Positions 1 through 10,071 of a stretch of 64,000 bases of DNA are shown here, one piece after another. A program made the position numbers and the translations under genes. Every line of letters starts with the position of its first letter. Position 1 is the stretch's first letter. The notes under the pieces were generated by a model. It made no database searches. It was not told where the DNA came from and saw only the letters and a list, made by a program, of their open reading frames with translations. Where the stretch lies: positions 64,360 through 128,359 of the forward strand of contig CAMTUG010000003.1 of NCBI GenBank assembly GCA_947084965.1, read 5' to 3'. This DNA comes from an uncultured Parcubacteria group bacterium (GTDB lineage: Bacteria; Patescibacteriota; Patescibacteriia; UBA9934; CAMTUG01).

Positions 1-3000
1 GTTGTTATGAATGTGCCGTCTTCTTCAACCGACCAGTTGTTGCTGATCCCCGCGAGACGACCGACGTTCAATACGTCGTTACCGTTCAGGTAAATGTTTC
101 CACTCATGTTGAGCGTTGAGAGTTGGCCGGAGCTCGTGACGCGGGATGCGGTATTACTTGTGCCCGGCATTTGAGTTGTCCTGCTGCCGTCCCAATATCC
201 ACCTCGAACAAAGACCAAGATCGAATCGGTCGCGCTGCCCGATGCCTCCAAGGCGTACCCGATGATCTGGCCTGCGTTTGTCGCGCGCATGGCGTACCCT
301 GAGCGGGACGACGACGTGAGCGGATCTCCAACGGCGATCGCCCCGTTTTCATTGGTGACTTTCGTTGGAACGCGCCCGGCAAGGGCCACCGGGAAGGAGC
401 CGTCCGTATCTTCACCGGCGATGAATCCAGGATCTGTCGAGACGATACCGATCAGGTTGGCTTCATACGGCGCCGTTGACCGCTGGACGTTGGCACCATT
501 GAGCGCAAGCGACACAACGTCTCCTGGCTCAAGCTGCTGCGTTGATGGGAACATTTCAGCAAAGTCATACGAACCGACCTGCCAACCGGATGCGTTGGTC
601 TTCATGCGACCGTCCACCCCGGCGGTTGAATCGAAGAAGATATAGCGTTCTGTTTGCATCGTGCCGCGATCAGATGGATAGAGCCGGCCGCTGATCGCCA
701 GGTCACCGCCACTGCTGACATAGGCAACTTCGGTGCCATCGTTATTGGTAATTGAGAGACGTGCGTCGGTCGATCCGTCTTCCACCACGGTCTGTAAGTT
801 CATGCCAACGCCCATTGCGGAACCGGCATCCCAACCAGAACCGGCCAGCGTAAGGATATTACTGTCCGCGCTCGTTGTGGCAGTGGCCGTGCCGAGCGAA
901 GCGAGTCCCATAGCGTCGTTAATGATCGTGGCTACGCCGTCTGTCGTAATAATATTGCCTGCGAACCAACCCGGTTTGATGAGAACGGTGATTGATCCGA
1001 AGCCGGTCGTATGATTTTCGAGAGCGTACCCGATGATCACGCCCGGTTCTGTCGCCTTCATGGCGTAGCCGGTCGTAGAGGCAGAAGTGAGTGGATCCCC
1101 GATCGTGATCGCCCCGTTTTCTGCAGAGACAAAGGTCGGCACCTGACCGAGAAGGGCGATCGGATAGTAGTCTGGATCGTTACGGTAGTTCCCGACGAAC
1201 GCCGGAGCGGTCGAAACGACACCGATGACGTTGCTGTCATAGCTCGACGTAGATGCGATCACTCGCGCTGGATCAGCAGAATCAACCCGGACAACTTGTC
1301 CTGGAGCGAGTGACTCTGTGGAATAGAACATTTCCGCAAAGTCAGCCGGGGTGTTGTAGGTGGCGCCATCTCCAAAGACGTCCCCGTCAAGTTGGACGCG
1401 GAAGATGGTGTTCGGGGCGCCGTCGGCATCGGCACGAATGATGAAGACGTCCTCGTCATTTCCTTCGTCGGCTGCGGCCTCGTTCACATCAATCACCAGG
1501 GCCTGTTGGCCGATCGTGTCTCCGGCCTGGGCGTCAACACCGCTTTGAATAATGTAAACACCGACAGAGTCGCCGTTATTTGTTCCTGTACCACCCCCCA
1601 TGTTGCTGATCTTTAGTGCGTCGCCAGTTGTGGCCGTATTGTTGTTGGCCTGATCGATATACACCAGAGCGTCCGTTGCACCAGCGGTGAAGTCGGTACC
1701 GCTATCCGCACGATTGATTTTGATTCCACTGCCGGTGGTGAGGGCATCAACGGAGAGATCGATCCCGTCTCCGCTGGTGACAGTATTGTAGTCAAGGAGC
1801 ATCGCATCGATGACCGTTGAGTCGGTGATAAAGTTAAAGGAGCTCCCTGTCGAGCCGCCGGCGGTAATCCCCCCATCAAGCGTAAGGAACCCTCGGTTAT
1901 TGAGGTCAAAGATTTGATCGGGTGCACCAGTAACATTACTTCGAACGCGAATGACAGATTCAACGGACGTCGCTTGGTTGACATCGATAACAAGCGCTTG
2001 CTGCCCAACGTTATTCGCTCCCGGAGAGTCAACGTTATCTTGGATGATATAAACACCGGTTGCGGTTCCGCCACCGAGTTGACGAACCACCAACGCTTCG
2101 CCTGTGGTGCCGGCATTGTTGTTGGCTTGGTCAATGTAGACAAGGGCGTCTGAAGCGGTGTTGGCAGTGTAGTTTGTTCCGCTATCAGCCCGCTGGACGA
2201 AGATGCCTGAACCGGTTGTAAGAGCATCAACGCTCATGTTTAATCCGTCGTTGGTTGTTAAGGAGTCATACGTCATGGTCATGATATCAACACCAGCTGC
2301 TGCCGAAGTAAATTGGAAGCTGTCGTTGTTTGTGCCGTCTCCAAACACGACCCCCCCAATAGCCGTAAGGGTACCGATATCACTCAACGACATTTCAGCA
2401 GAACCACCTATGATGTTGAAATCAAGCTGTGAATTAGGCGCGGCCCCACCGGCGGTCAGGTTGTGGACAATCGTCGCGTCTCGGCTGGTCACAGTCACCG
2501 GCCCAACGGCCGCGTTCGAATCGAAGGATCCACGGAATGTCATGATCGGAGAGTCCAAAAATACGTTATCTGCAGCGTTGGACGACAAGAGCATTAAGGC
2601 GTCGTCGCTTCCCCCAGCAATCGTACCTGCGCCCGCATTAGGGTTAATTGTGTAGGTAGCTCCGGTATAGATAATGCTGCCGTCCGTATACGAGCTCGAT
2701 GTACCACCGCTTGATGTAATGATGACCGATCCGTTGGCCTCCACTCGGAAAACGTTTGTATTGGCACCGCCAAAATCTGTTTGAATGAGGAAGATATCGG
2801 CAGTACCGGTGTTTTCCGTCGTATCAATAAAGAAGGCCCGGCCGCTGTCATCGGTGAAGTTTCCAGCAGTAATCTGTAACGACTGTCCGGTTGTCATGAC
2901 CGACGTGTCGATCGTTACCCCGTTTGTTCCGGTGGCTTCTGAATCAATATTGATCGCGGTGTTATTGCCATTTTGATCGATAAATACTCCACTGCCGTTA

Positions 3001-6000
3001 CCTGCATTCGTGATTGTAAGCGGGGTTCCATTAGAAGCACCGAAGTTTTGGCTAATACTGACGACCGATGCGTTGTCATTAACTGCGCCACCGCCCGCCG
3101 TAGCCATTTGCGAGCTTACGTTCAAAACCGCACCGGTTGTAGTGAGGGTTGTTCCTCCGCCATTTGAGGTGAGGGAGCGGGTTAAATTGAGGAGGTTTCC
3201 CGAATCCGTTGCGTTCGCGTTATACGTGGCGGTGTGGTTGAGGTCGAGAAGGATACCGCTCGTGATGGCTGAGGTCGAACTAATGCTGCGGGCCGTACCG
3301 GTTGTCAACGAATTGACGGTAAACGCCTGGGCTGTGCCACCCGATCCGGTATAGCTTTGGTTCATGCTGAAACCCGTTTGGTTCCAGGTAAGCAAATTAT
3401 CAAAGTCCACGGTATCTTCGATGTCATCAAAGTCAATACAATCAGAACAGTTGAAACTTGTTGTCGATGTGGCGGCGATCGTTGTTCCAGTGACGGTGAG
3501 GTCATCAGCGACGGTGACCGCACCGGAGTCGTCAGATATATCCCCATTTCCGCTAATATCAAGAGATGAGTTTAAAATCGTGTCCCAGCCGGTCCCCACG
3601 TTGATAGCTGTCGAGTTTGTTACTCCGCCCCCAGCCTCCGTTAGTGGGCCAAAGGCGAGCCCGAAAACGGTATTTGTTCCGGCGGTAGATGTGGCGGTAA
3701 AACCAACAGCATTTAAGATGGTATACGTATCTCCTCCGTCTCCAGTAAAGCCCGGAGTCAAGCTGACAATGCTTCCAGACGCGTTACTGACATCAAAGGT
3801 TAGGGACAGGGCATCCGTATTATTTGTTGTTGATGCCTGCCCAGTGTTGGTGAGGGTGAGCATGTCTGCGGTTGGAGCGCCGGTTGCAATGATCTGTATG
3901 TTTGTGTCCGTGTCTGGATTAAAGATAACGTCTCCGGCTCCGGTGCCGACAAACGAAAGGTTAAAGCCGGCAACGTTAATGGCGGTTGCTGCGTCAAGGA
4001 TGGGGGTGTCGGCAAAATCATCAAAATCAATACAATCGGCACAGTTCAACGAGGTGACCGACGCCGCTGAAATCGTCGTGCCGGTGGTGATGGTGAGGTT
4101 GTCGTCGATCTGCACGGTGCCCCCGGCGTTAATAAGGAGAGTTGCCCCGTCTGAAGTAATATCATCTCCGTTCACGGCCAAGTCGCCGGCAAGGTTTAGG
4201 CCGCCTCCAGCCACAAAGTCCGTTCCAGCATCCCCAATGTTAAGGACGAAGTTATTATTCATGTCCAGGTTACCGGTCAAAGAAAGAGATCCGGCAGAAA
4301 CGGCACCACTGAAATCTCCAGCGACCCCATAAATCGTATCCCAGCGTGTTCCCGCCGCACCGATTTCTGCAGACCCCGCCCCCAGTTGCGGCAAAAAGTC
4401 ATCATCCGTGCCGAGCTGGACGGTGCCAGAAGAGTCGATCGTCATGGTGCCAGTCGAGGTGATCGATCCGTCATAATAGTTAGTGGAGAACGCTCCGGCT
4501 GTGAACCCGATATCAGAAAATGCTTCCCCATCCGCTTCGATACGGAAGACAGGATCATCGGCTCCGGCAAAATCCGATTCGATGATCACCAGGTCGTCGC
4601 CTTCCGTTGCCCCGTCGTAGTCGATGTACAGGCCCGCCCCGGTCGTGTCGCTGTTGATCGAGCCGTCAATATTAATCTCAACCGCATGACCGCTCGTCAT
4701 CGCGTTTGCTGTTATCACGATGCCGTTACTGATCGTCGCGGACGAAACAATGGAAATACTCTCCCCCTCTCCGGTATGGGTGAGCGAAACAGCTCCCGCG
4801 TCAGCTGCCTGATCAATTCGCAGGGCAGTTCCCCCGTTGCTGATCGTCCCCCCGGCAGCCGTTGTAATGGTGTTGCTGATGTGCAGAATCGGTTCAAGGA
4901 TTTCGAGGTCTGTGCCTGCCCCTGAGGCGACCAACGTGCGGCGCAAATTGGCGATCGCCCCCTCCAGCGTCACTGGCACGCCACCGGCATAGGTTGCTGT
5001 GTGATCAACATCTAGGAGAATGGCATCTGTGGTCGCGCTGGACGTTGATGTCAGGTCAAGGAGAATACCGTCGACAAGGCTTGAGCTTGTCAGATTCATC
5101 GCCCGCCCGCTGGTCAGAGAGTTGGCGGTGTAGGTAAATCCAGTGGTGGTGTCGCCCGTGAAAGTTTGAGACCACGTTCCCGTGCCTTGGTTTAACGTCA
5201 GCGATTCGCCCGAAAAGTCGAGCGTGTCTTCCAAATCATCAAAATCAATACAATCGGCACAGTTCAACGAGGTGACCGACGCCGCTGAAATCGTCGTGCC
5301 GGTGGTGATGGTGAGGTTATCATCGATCTGCACGGTGCCCCCGGCGTTAATAAGGAGGATTGCCCCGTCTGAAGTGATATCATCTCCGTTCACGGCCAAG
5401 TCGCCGGCAAGATTTAGGCCGCCTCCAGCCACAAAGTCCGTTCCTGCGTCCCCAATGTTAAGGACGAAGTTATTATTCATGTCCAGGTTACCGGTCAAAG
5501 AAAGAGATCCGGCAGAAACGGCACCACTAAAATCTCCAGCGACCCCATAAATCGTATCCCAACGTGTTCCGGCTGCACCGATTTCTGCAGACCCCGCCCC
5601 CAGTTGCGGCAAAAAGTCATCATCCGTGCCGAGCTGGACGGTGCCCGAAGAGTCGATCGTCATGGTGACGATACTTGTGATGCTTCCACTATCGATCGCG
5701 ATAGGATTGGTAAATGTTGTTGAACCGTCGTCGGCAAATGTTACAAAGGCCGCTCCCCCGTCGGCGATGCTGAACGTACCAGCTCCATCAAGGTCAATGA
5801 TCAAATCGAACAAGGATGGATTGATGGTCGTTGCCGCATCAAGAACAAGGGAGTCAGAAAGCTCTGTGAAATCAAGAGCGTCATCCGTAATGTCGATAGT
5901 TACGGCCGCGGACTCAGAACCCGAGCCGGCAACAGTGATGTCTCCGGACCCAGCATCCGCCACGGTGGCGACGTAGTTTCCCGTTGTATCTGCTCCAAGG

Positions 6001-6731
6001 CCGACAGCATTGGCTTGAATCGTGGTCACGCCAGCCGAGGAAATGTCGATATCGCCACTGAGGTCGACGGGGTTGTAGTTTGTGCCATCGGCGACCAAAA
6101 CGAATCCAGAGGTATTGGTGGCCATGAACAGGTCATCGCCGGTGATGGTGATATCGCCGGTGATGGTCAAGCCACCCAAGGCATCTGTGACTGGAACAAT
6201 TTCATTTCCACCGACCTGTGAGGAATCAAAGCCATCCAGGAAATCGGTGTTTAAGGCGAATCCTTGTGCGGTGATCTGTTTGCGGGGGGTCAGGAGTTCT
6301 CCGTTAATCGTGACTTCCAACCACAATTCGTCGTTGTCGGCGAACAACGAATCAGGGATGGCAGCGTAGCCATCTGCCACGTAGCCGAGGTTTTCGGAAA
6401 AAAGCCCGTCGGTCAGATCAACCGTTTGATCCGCTGCAGAGCCGGCACCGGCATTACAGGTGGTACTGTCGTTCGACCATTCACACTGGTCGAGGGCTTC
6501 GTCAGAATGAATTTCGAAATTCATGTCTGCCGTCGCGTCCCCGATCGGTACGCCCGCATCGGTTAAGATACGTCCTTGATAGCTAATGACGTTTGGTGGT
6601 GAAGCGGCAAACGCTTTTGGTATGACAGAGAGCAGCGGCCCAAACACGACGCCGAACGAAAGCAGCATCACAAAGAAGAGGGTGGTGAGCCGCTTGTGCA
6701 AGGGGTGGATGTTGTGGGTGCCGGTCGTCAT
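1..6731 (-). CDS. Giant secreted surface protein (>2,240 aa, 3' end beyond the window) with fibre-like repeats and two Peptidase_G2/intramolecular-chaperone-like domains
   Basis: Absent from the ORF track. ATG at 6731 lies just past the stop of the upstream gene. Hand translation gives MTTGTHNIHPLHKRLTTLFFVMLLSFGVVFGPLLSVIPKAFAASPPNVISYQGRILTDAG (signal peptide plus SYQGR motif). The same frame reads ...LNVGRLAGISNNWSVEEDGTFIT at the left edge. The sequence is Gly/Thr/Asp/Ser-rich. Confidence 0.9.
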   Translation of the reverse strand, partial: MTTGTHNIHPLHKRLTTLFFVMLLSFGVVFGPLLSVIPKAFAASPPNVISYQGRILTDAGVPIGDATADMNFEIHSDEALDQCEWSNDSTTCNAGAGSAADQTVDLTDGLFSENLGYVADGYAAIPDSLFADNDELWLEVTINGELLTPRKQITAQGFALNTDFLDGFDSSQVGGNEIVPVTDALGGLTITGDITITGDDLFMATNTSGFVLVADGTNYNPVDLSGDIDISSAGVTTIQANAVGLGADTTGNYVATVADAGSGDITVAGSGSESAAVTIDITDDALDFTELSDSLVLDAATTINPSLFDLIIDLDGAGTFSIADGGAAFVTFADDGSTTFTNPIAIDSGSITSIVTMTIDSSGTVQLGTDDDFLPQLGAGSAEIGAAGTRWDTIYGVAGDFSGAVSAGSLSLTGNLDMNNNFVLNIGDAGTDFVAGGGLNLAGDLAVNGDDITSDGAILLINAGGTVQIDDNLTITTGTTISAASVTSLNCADCIDFDDLEDTLDFSGESLTLNQGTGTWSQTFTGDTTTGFTYTANSLTSGRAMNLTSSSLVDGILLDLTSTSSATTDAILLDVDHTATYAGGVPVTLEGAIANLRRTLVASGAGTDLEILEPILHISNTITTAAGGTISNGGTALRIDQAADAGAVSLTHTGEGESISIVSSATISNGIVITANAMTSGHAVEINIDGSINSDTTGAGLYIDYDGATEGDDLVIIESDFAGADDPVFRIEADGEAFSDIGFTAGAFSTNYYDGSITSTGTMTIDSSGTVQLGTDDDFLPQLGAGSAEIGAAGTRWDTIYGVAGDFSGAVSAGSLSLTGNLDMNNNFVLNIGDAGTDFVAGGGLNLAGDLAVNGDDITSDGATLLINAGGTVQIDDNLTITTGTTISAASVTSLNCADCIDFDDFADTPILDAATAINVAGFNLSFVGTGAGDVIFNPDTDTNIQIIATGAPTADMLTLTNTGQASTTNNTDALSLTFDVSNASGSIVSLTPGFTGDGGDTYTILNAVGFTATSTAGTNTVFGLAFGPLTEAGGGVTNSTAINVGTGWDTILNSSLDISGNGDISDDSGAVTVADDLTVTGTTIAATSTTSFNCSDCIDFDDIEDTVDFDNLLTWNQTGFSMNQSYTGSGGTAQAFTVNSLTTGTARSISSTSAITSGILLDLNHTATYNANATDSGNLLNLTRSLTSNGGGTTLTTTGAVLNVSSQMATAGGGAVNDNASVVSISQNFGASNGTPLTITNAGNGSGVFIDQNGNNTAINIDSEATGTNGVTIDTSVMTTGQSLQITAGNFTDDSGRAFFIDTTENTGTADIFLIQTDFGGANTNVFRVEANGSVIITSSGGTSSSYTDGSIIYTGATYTINPNAGAGTIAGGSDDALMLLSSNAADNVFLDSPIMTFRGSFDSNAAVGPVTVTSRDATIVHNLTAGGAAPNSQLDFNIIGGSAEMSLSDIGTLTAIGGVVFGDGTNNDSFQFTSAAAGVDIMTMTYDSLTTNDGLNMSVDALTTGSGIFVQRADSGTNYTANTASDALVYIDQANNNAGTTGEALVVRQLGGGTATGVYIIQDNVDSPGANNVGQQALVIDVNQATSVESVIRVRSNVTGAPDQIFDLNNRGFLTLDGGITAGGSTGSSFNFITDSTVIDAMLLDYNTVTSGDGIDLSVDALTTGSGIKINRADSGTDFTAGATDALVYIDQANNNTATTGDALKISNMGGGTGTNNGDSVGVYIIQSGVDAQAGDTIGQQALVIDVNEAAADEGNDEDVFIIRADADGAPNTIFRVQLDGDVFGDGATYNTPADFAEMFYSTESLAPGQVVRVDSADPARVIASTSSYDSNVIGVVSTAPAFVGNYRNDPDYYPIALLGQVPTFVSAENGAITIGDPLTSASTTGYAMKATEPGVIIGYALENHTTGFGSITVLIKPGWFAGNIITTDGVATIINDAMGLASLGTATATTSADSNILTLAGSGWDAGSAMGVGMNLQTVVEDGSTDARLSITNNDGTEVAYVSSGGDLAISGRLYPSDRGTMQTERYIFFDSTAGVDGRMKTNASGWQVGSYDFAEMFPSTQQLEPGDVVSLALNGANVQRSTAPYEANLIGIVSTDPGFIAGEDTDGSFPVALAGRVPTKVTNENGAIAVGDPLTSSSRSGYAMRATNAGQIIGYALEASGSATDSILVFVRGGYWDGSRTTQMPGTSNTASRVTSSGQLSTLNMSGNIYLNGNDVLNVGRLAGISNNWSVEEDGTFIT
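4015..4449. repeat. 435-bp intragenic direct repeat, copy A
   Basis: Matches 5233-5667 (offset 1218, in frame) with about 13 mismatches by eye, mostly synonymous. Confidence 0.95.
5233..5667. repeat. 435-bp intragenic direct repeat, copy B
   Basis: Near-identical to 4015-4449. Confidence 0.95.
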
Positions 6732-6732
6732 A

Positions 6733-9700
6733 TTATGATTTTTCTGGTTTGGGGGCGGCATCGAGCTCGACGTCGATCGCGATCTCCCCTGGTTCCTTGC
6801 TTGTCGTCGTGTCGATCGGGCGGATTTCGACTTTCTGATACCCAGGTTTTTCGTACGTTGTGAAGTATTGGCTCGGTCCGACAAGGAAGCTGTAGCGGCC
6901 TTTGGCATCGGTGATCGCCGTTTCAAGGAGCTTGTTATATTTCGGTTCGAAGATGCGCACCACGGCGTTGCTCAGCGGTTGAGCCGTTCCTTTGTCGTAG
7001 ACGATCCCCCAGCCCTTTGGTTTATGCGCCTTGGCGAGGCGCCGTGTTCCAAGGAGCAGGAGTACCTGGATGATTGCACCCGCCGCGGTAATCCAACCCG
7101 GTCGGATGATGAAGATAAAGAAGGCGAGGGTGCAACCGATAGCCGCAATCGTATTTTGCAATAGGCGCAGGATACGTCGGATCACCAGTTTGCGCGCTTC
7201 GTGATATTCGGCCTTCTTCGTTGGATCGAGAGGGATGTTGACGGCGATTGTGGCATCGTTACTTTCTACCCGGATCGATTCTCCGTGGTAGACATCGAGG
7301 TAATTTCCGTCCTCTTTTGCCCCGTTCAAGATTTGCGATGGGAAGACGAATCCTGGCTTCAAAGCGATGATGCGATAGTCCCCTTCCTTCACAAGGAAGA
7401 AGAAGCGCCCTTCCTTATCTGTGACACGCGTCATGACCAGCTTGTTTTCCGGGAGTTTGTACAAGCGGACGATCGCCAGGTCGATCGGGGTTTTGAGGCC
7501 GGCGTGATAGACAACCCCCCAGGCTTTGCGTTTTTTGCGCCAGAGGAAGAGCACTGGCCAAGTCATCACGTACTGCAGGAGCGGGGCGAGCCCGAACAGG
7601 CTCCACAGCAGCCCAACAGAGGCGATACCGATCACGATGGCAGCAGGGACGGCGATGTCTGTCGCGACCTGGATTTCCGGTATGTTGCGAAGATCGTCGA
7701 AGATCGTTTTGATCGCCGAGATCACGGCGTCGGCTACAGCGACGGCGGTTTCCAGGGACGGTTCCCCTTCGGCGATAATCTCTGGGATCGTCATCGGAAC
7801 GCGAGAAATCTCGACGGTCAGGGTGGCGATGTTATTACTGACGACGAACGTGCTCGAGGTCGCGTCTTCGTAGCCAGACTTACTGACCTCTACGCGGTAC
7901 GTTCCGTTCTCTACGTACCAGGCGTAAGTGCCGTCTGAGCTCGTGGCGTCTGGGTTCGACTGTCCACCAAATTGGTAGACATCCATCAGTTCCCACGTGC
8001 CGAACTGACTTTGCATCAAAGAGACGATCGCTCCTGGGACACGCATCACGGCCCCCTCATACACTTCATAGACATAGCCGAGGTCGACGACGTTTAACGT
8101 GTAGTCGAACACCTGGCCCGTACCGTCTGTATAAAGGAAGGTCAGGGTAAGGTTGTATGAACCGGAGTCGTCCGGCGCCTGGATATACGCTCGGTATCCA
8201 TCGCCAGAAGATTCAAGGGACACGATGTAGGTATCTCCGTTTAGAGTCACCGTTACTGAGGCAACGTCTACGCCGCTAATGGCGTCTGCTGGAATGAAGA
8301 TCGAGAAGATCGTACTTGGGATGACATCGACCATGCCTTCGTCCGCTGAGAGTAAAATCGTGTCCTCAGCTGAATAAAACTCGGTGGCACTGCTCGTGGT
8401 CCCCGTACCTGTTGCAGGTGGGGTGATTTCCTCCGACGCTGTCTCTTCGTCGTCGGGAGTTTCTCCTCCTGGAGTTTCGGTAGTTGTCTCTCCATCGGGA
8501 GTCTCTTCGGTTTCCCCGCCCGGGATTTCGTCTTCTGGCACTTCCTCCTCATCGGTTGGTGGCACATCGGTCGCTTGTGGCGTGCAAGCCTTGGTCGTGC
8601 CTGAAGAGTAGTTCCCCCCGTCGTCAAAGACAAAGTGGGTACAGAAGTAGGTCGTGCTGTTCGTCAGACCGCTTACCGTTGTTGATTGCGTTGAGGCGCT
8701 GCCGCTGAAGTGGGTCGTGCCTTCGCTTTCGTCTTGCGGGTAACCGCTTGTCGAACAGGTGATCATCGATCCAGCGAGATCGTCTTCGCTTGGCATCGTC
8801 CAGTCAAAGTCGATCGCGGCGTCAGCGGCGGTACAGCTGAAGCCGGTGGCATTGGCTGGTGGAGTGTCTTCGGTCGTTGTAAAGGACGCGTTTCCGGACT
8901 CGGCTGCATCTCCATCATCGCCATCGCAGACGATGTTGAATTGATACTCCGTGCCCGAGTCGAGGCCTGAGATCGTTACGGTGTGTGACGTACCAGAACT
9001 CGACCCGGTCACTGAGCCATAGCTTTCGGTCAGACCGTATTCGATAGAACAGGTCGCCTCTTCGTTCGTATCAAATGTGACGGTCGCGGACGACGTTGTT
9101 TCGTCCATCACAGCAACATCACTGATCGCGAGCGCGGTGCTCGTATCGGTTGTGCAGGTTTCGTCGCTGCCGAATTCTTCGTCGCCTTCGGCGTCGGTAG
9201 AGCGCACGCGGTAATGGTAGGTCGTCCCGCTTGAAAGACCGGCGAGGACGATTTCGTGGCTGGTATCCAGCGTGGCGTCCGTTTCTGTTCCGGAAGCGTA
9301 GGACGACGTCAGACCGTAGTCGACGCTACTGTCGGCTGCGATGTTCGTATTCCAGGTGATCGAGAGGGTGGTGTCGCTGGCGGAACACGCGACGTTTGAG
9401 ATTGCAGGCGCGCTGGAAGCTCCCTCGCCACCTGGGTCTCCTCCTCCATCCCCACCAACGTCACCAACGGTCGCTGTGACGCCGATCGCGCTATCATCAA
9501 TGATCGGCAGAGCGATCGTTCCAAAGTCGCCGAACGTTCCTCCGATCGTAATGAAGTACGTTCCGGCAGATCCTGGATTGGTCACCTGTTCAGCACCGAC
9601 CCCTGACGCCGCTGCTTGATCGCCGATTTCGATCACGACTTCGCTCCCCGCCGCAATCGCCCCGCCATCCCCCGCACAGATCGTGATGGTCAGGATGTCG

Positions 9701-10041
9701 GCGGCAATGGCGACGGAGGCTTGTTCCGCGGCGGCACAGTTGGCGGCTGTGGTGAGATCAAGGCCGTCGTCGCTCACATCGACGTCGTCTTCATCAATCA
9801 GCGCCGTGTTAAAGGACGAGGCAAAACTAACGGTAATCGTCTCTCCTTCCGCCGCCCCGGATGGGGTTGTGAAGGTAATCGTGTGATTGCTCGCTTCCCC
9901 TGCTGTTTGGTCACTCATCAGGTCGCTTGCATCGGTCACGGTAGCTGCGTTGGCTACAGGAGCAAACCCCAACGACGGGAAGCCGAGGAGCATGCTGAGC
10001 GTGAAGATGCAGAAGCGTTTGATGATGAAGTGATGGGACAC
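6733..10041 (-). CDS. Membrane-anchored surface protein with fibronectin-III-like repeats and carboxypeptidase-regulatory-like domains
   Basis: 1102 aa. It has a signal peptide, FN3-like segments (ITWNTN...VDYGLT...LSSGTTYHYRV), an acidic Pro/Glu/Thr linker, TM segments and repeated TDxxGRY/F motifs. Confidence 0.8.
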   Translation of the reverse strand: MSHHFIIKRFCIFTLSMLLGFPSLGFAPVANAATVTDASDLMSDQTAGEASNHTITFTTPSGAAEGETITVSFASSFNTALIDEDDVDVSDDGLDLTTAANCAAAEQASVAIAADILTITICAGDGGAIAAGSEVVIEIGDQAAASGVGAEQVTNPGSAGTYFITIGGTFGDFGTIALPIIDDSAIGVTATVGDVGGDGGGDPGGEGASSAPAISNVACSASDTTLSITWNTNIAADSSVDYGLTSSYASGTETDATLDTSHEIVLAGLSSGTTYHYRVRSTDAEGDEEFGSDETCTTDTSTALAISDVAVMDETTSSATVTFDTNEEATCSIEYGLTESYGSVTGSSSGTSHTVTISGLDSGTEYQFNIVCDGDDGDAAESGNASFTTTEDTPPANATGFSCTAADAAIDFDWTMPSEDDLAGSMITCSTSGYPQDESEGTTHFSGSASTQSTTVSGLTNSTTYFCTHFVFDDGGNYSSGTTKACTPQATDVPPTDEEEVPEDEIPGGETEETPDGETTTETPGGETPDDEETASEEITPPATGTGTTSSATEFYSAEDTILLSADEGMVDVIPSTIFSIFIPADAISGVDVASVTVTLNGDTYIVSLESSGDGYRAYIQAPDDSGSYNLTLTFLYTDGTGQVFDYTLNVVDLGYVYEVYEGAVMRVPGAIVSLMQSQFGTWELMDVYQFGGQSNPDATSSDGTYAWYVENGTYRVEVSKSGYEDATSSTFVVSNNIATLTVEISRVPMTIPEIIAEGEPSLETAVAVADAVISAIKTIFDDLRNIPEIQVATDIAVPAAIVIGIASVGLLWSLFGLAPLLQYVMTWPVLFLWRKKRKAWGVVYHAGLKTPIDLAIVRLYKLPENKLVMTRVTDKEGRFFFLVKEGDYRIIALKPGFVFPSQILNGAKEDGNYLDVYHGESIRVESNDATIAVNIPLDPTKKAEYHEARKLVIRRILRLLQNTIAAIGCTLAFFIFIIRPGWITAAGAIIQVLLLLGTRRLAKAHKPKGWGIVYDKGTAQPLSNAVVRIFEPKYNKLLETAITDAKGRYSFLVGPSQYFTTYEKPGYQKVEIRPIDTTTSKEPGEIAIDVELDAAPKPEKS

Positions 10042-10071
10042 ACAGAGAAAGGTCTGGTCGTTACGAAGGAC

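Noticed and set aside
4015-5667. Repeat pair as a diversity-generating retroelement TR/VR
   Set aside because: The mismatches are not adenine-specific and are mostly synonymous, both copies are in-frame coding sequence, and no RT is present.
104-6566. Numerous + strand and short - strand ORFs in the track
   Set aside because: They are shadows of the single long minus-strand gene.
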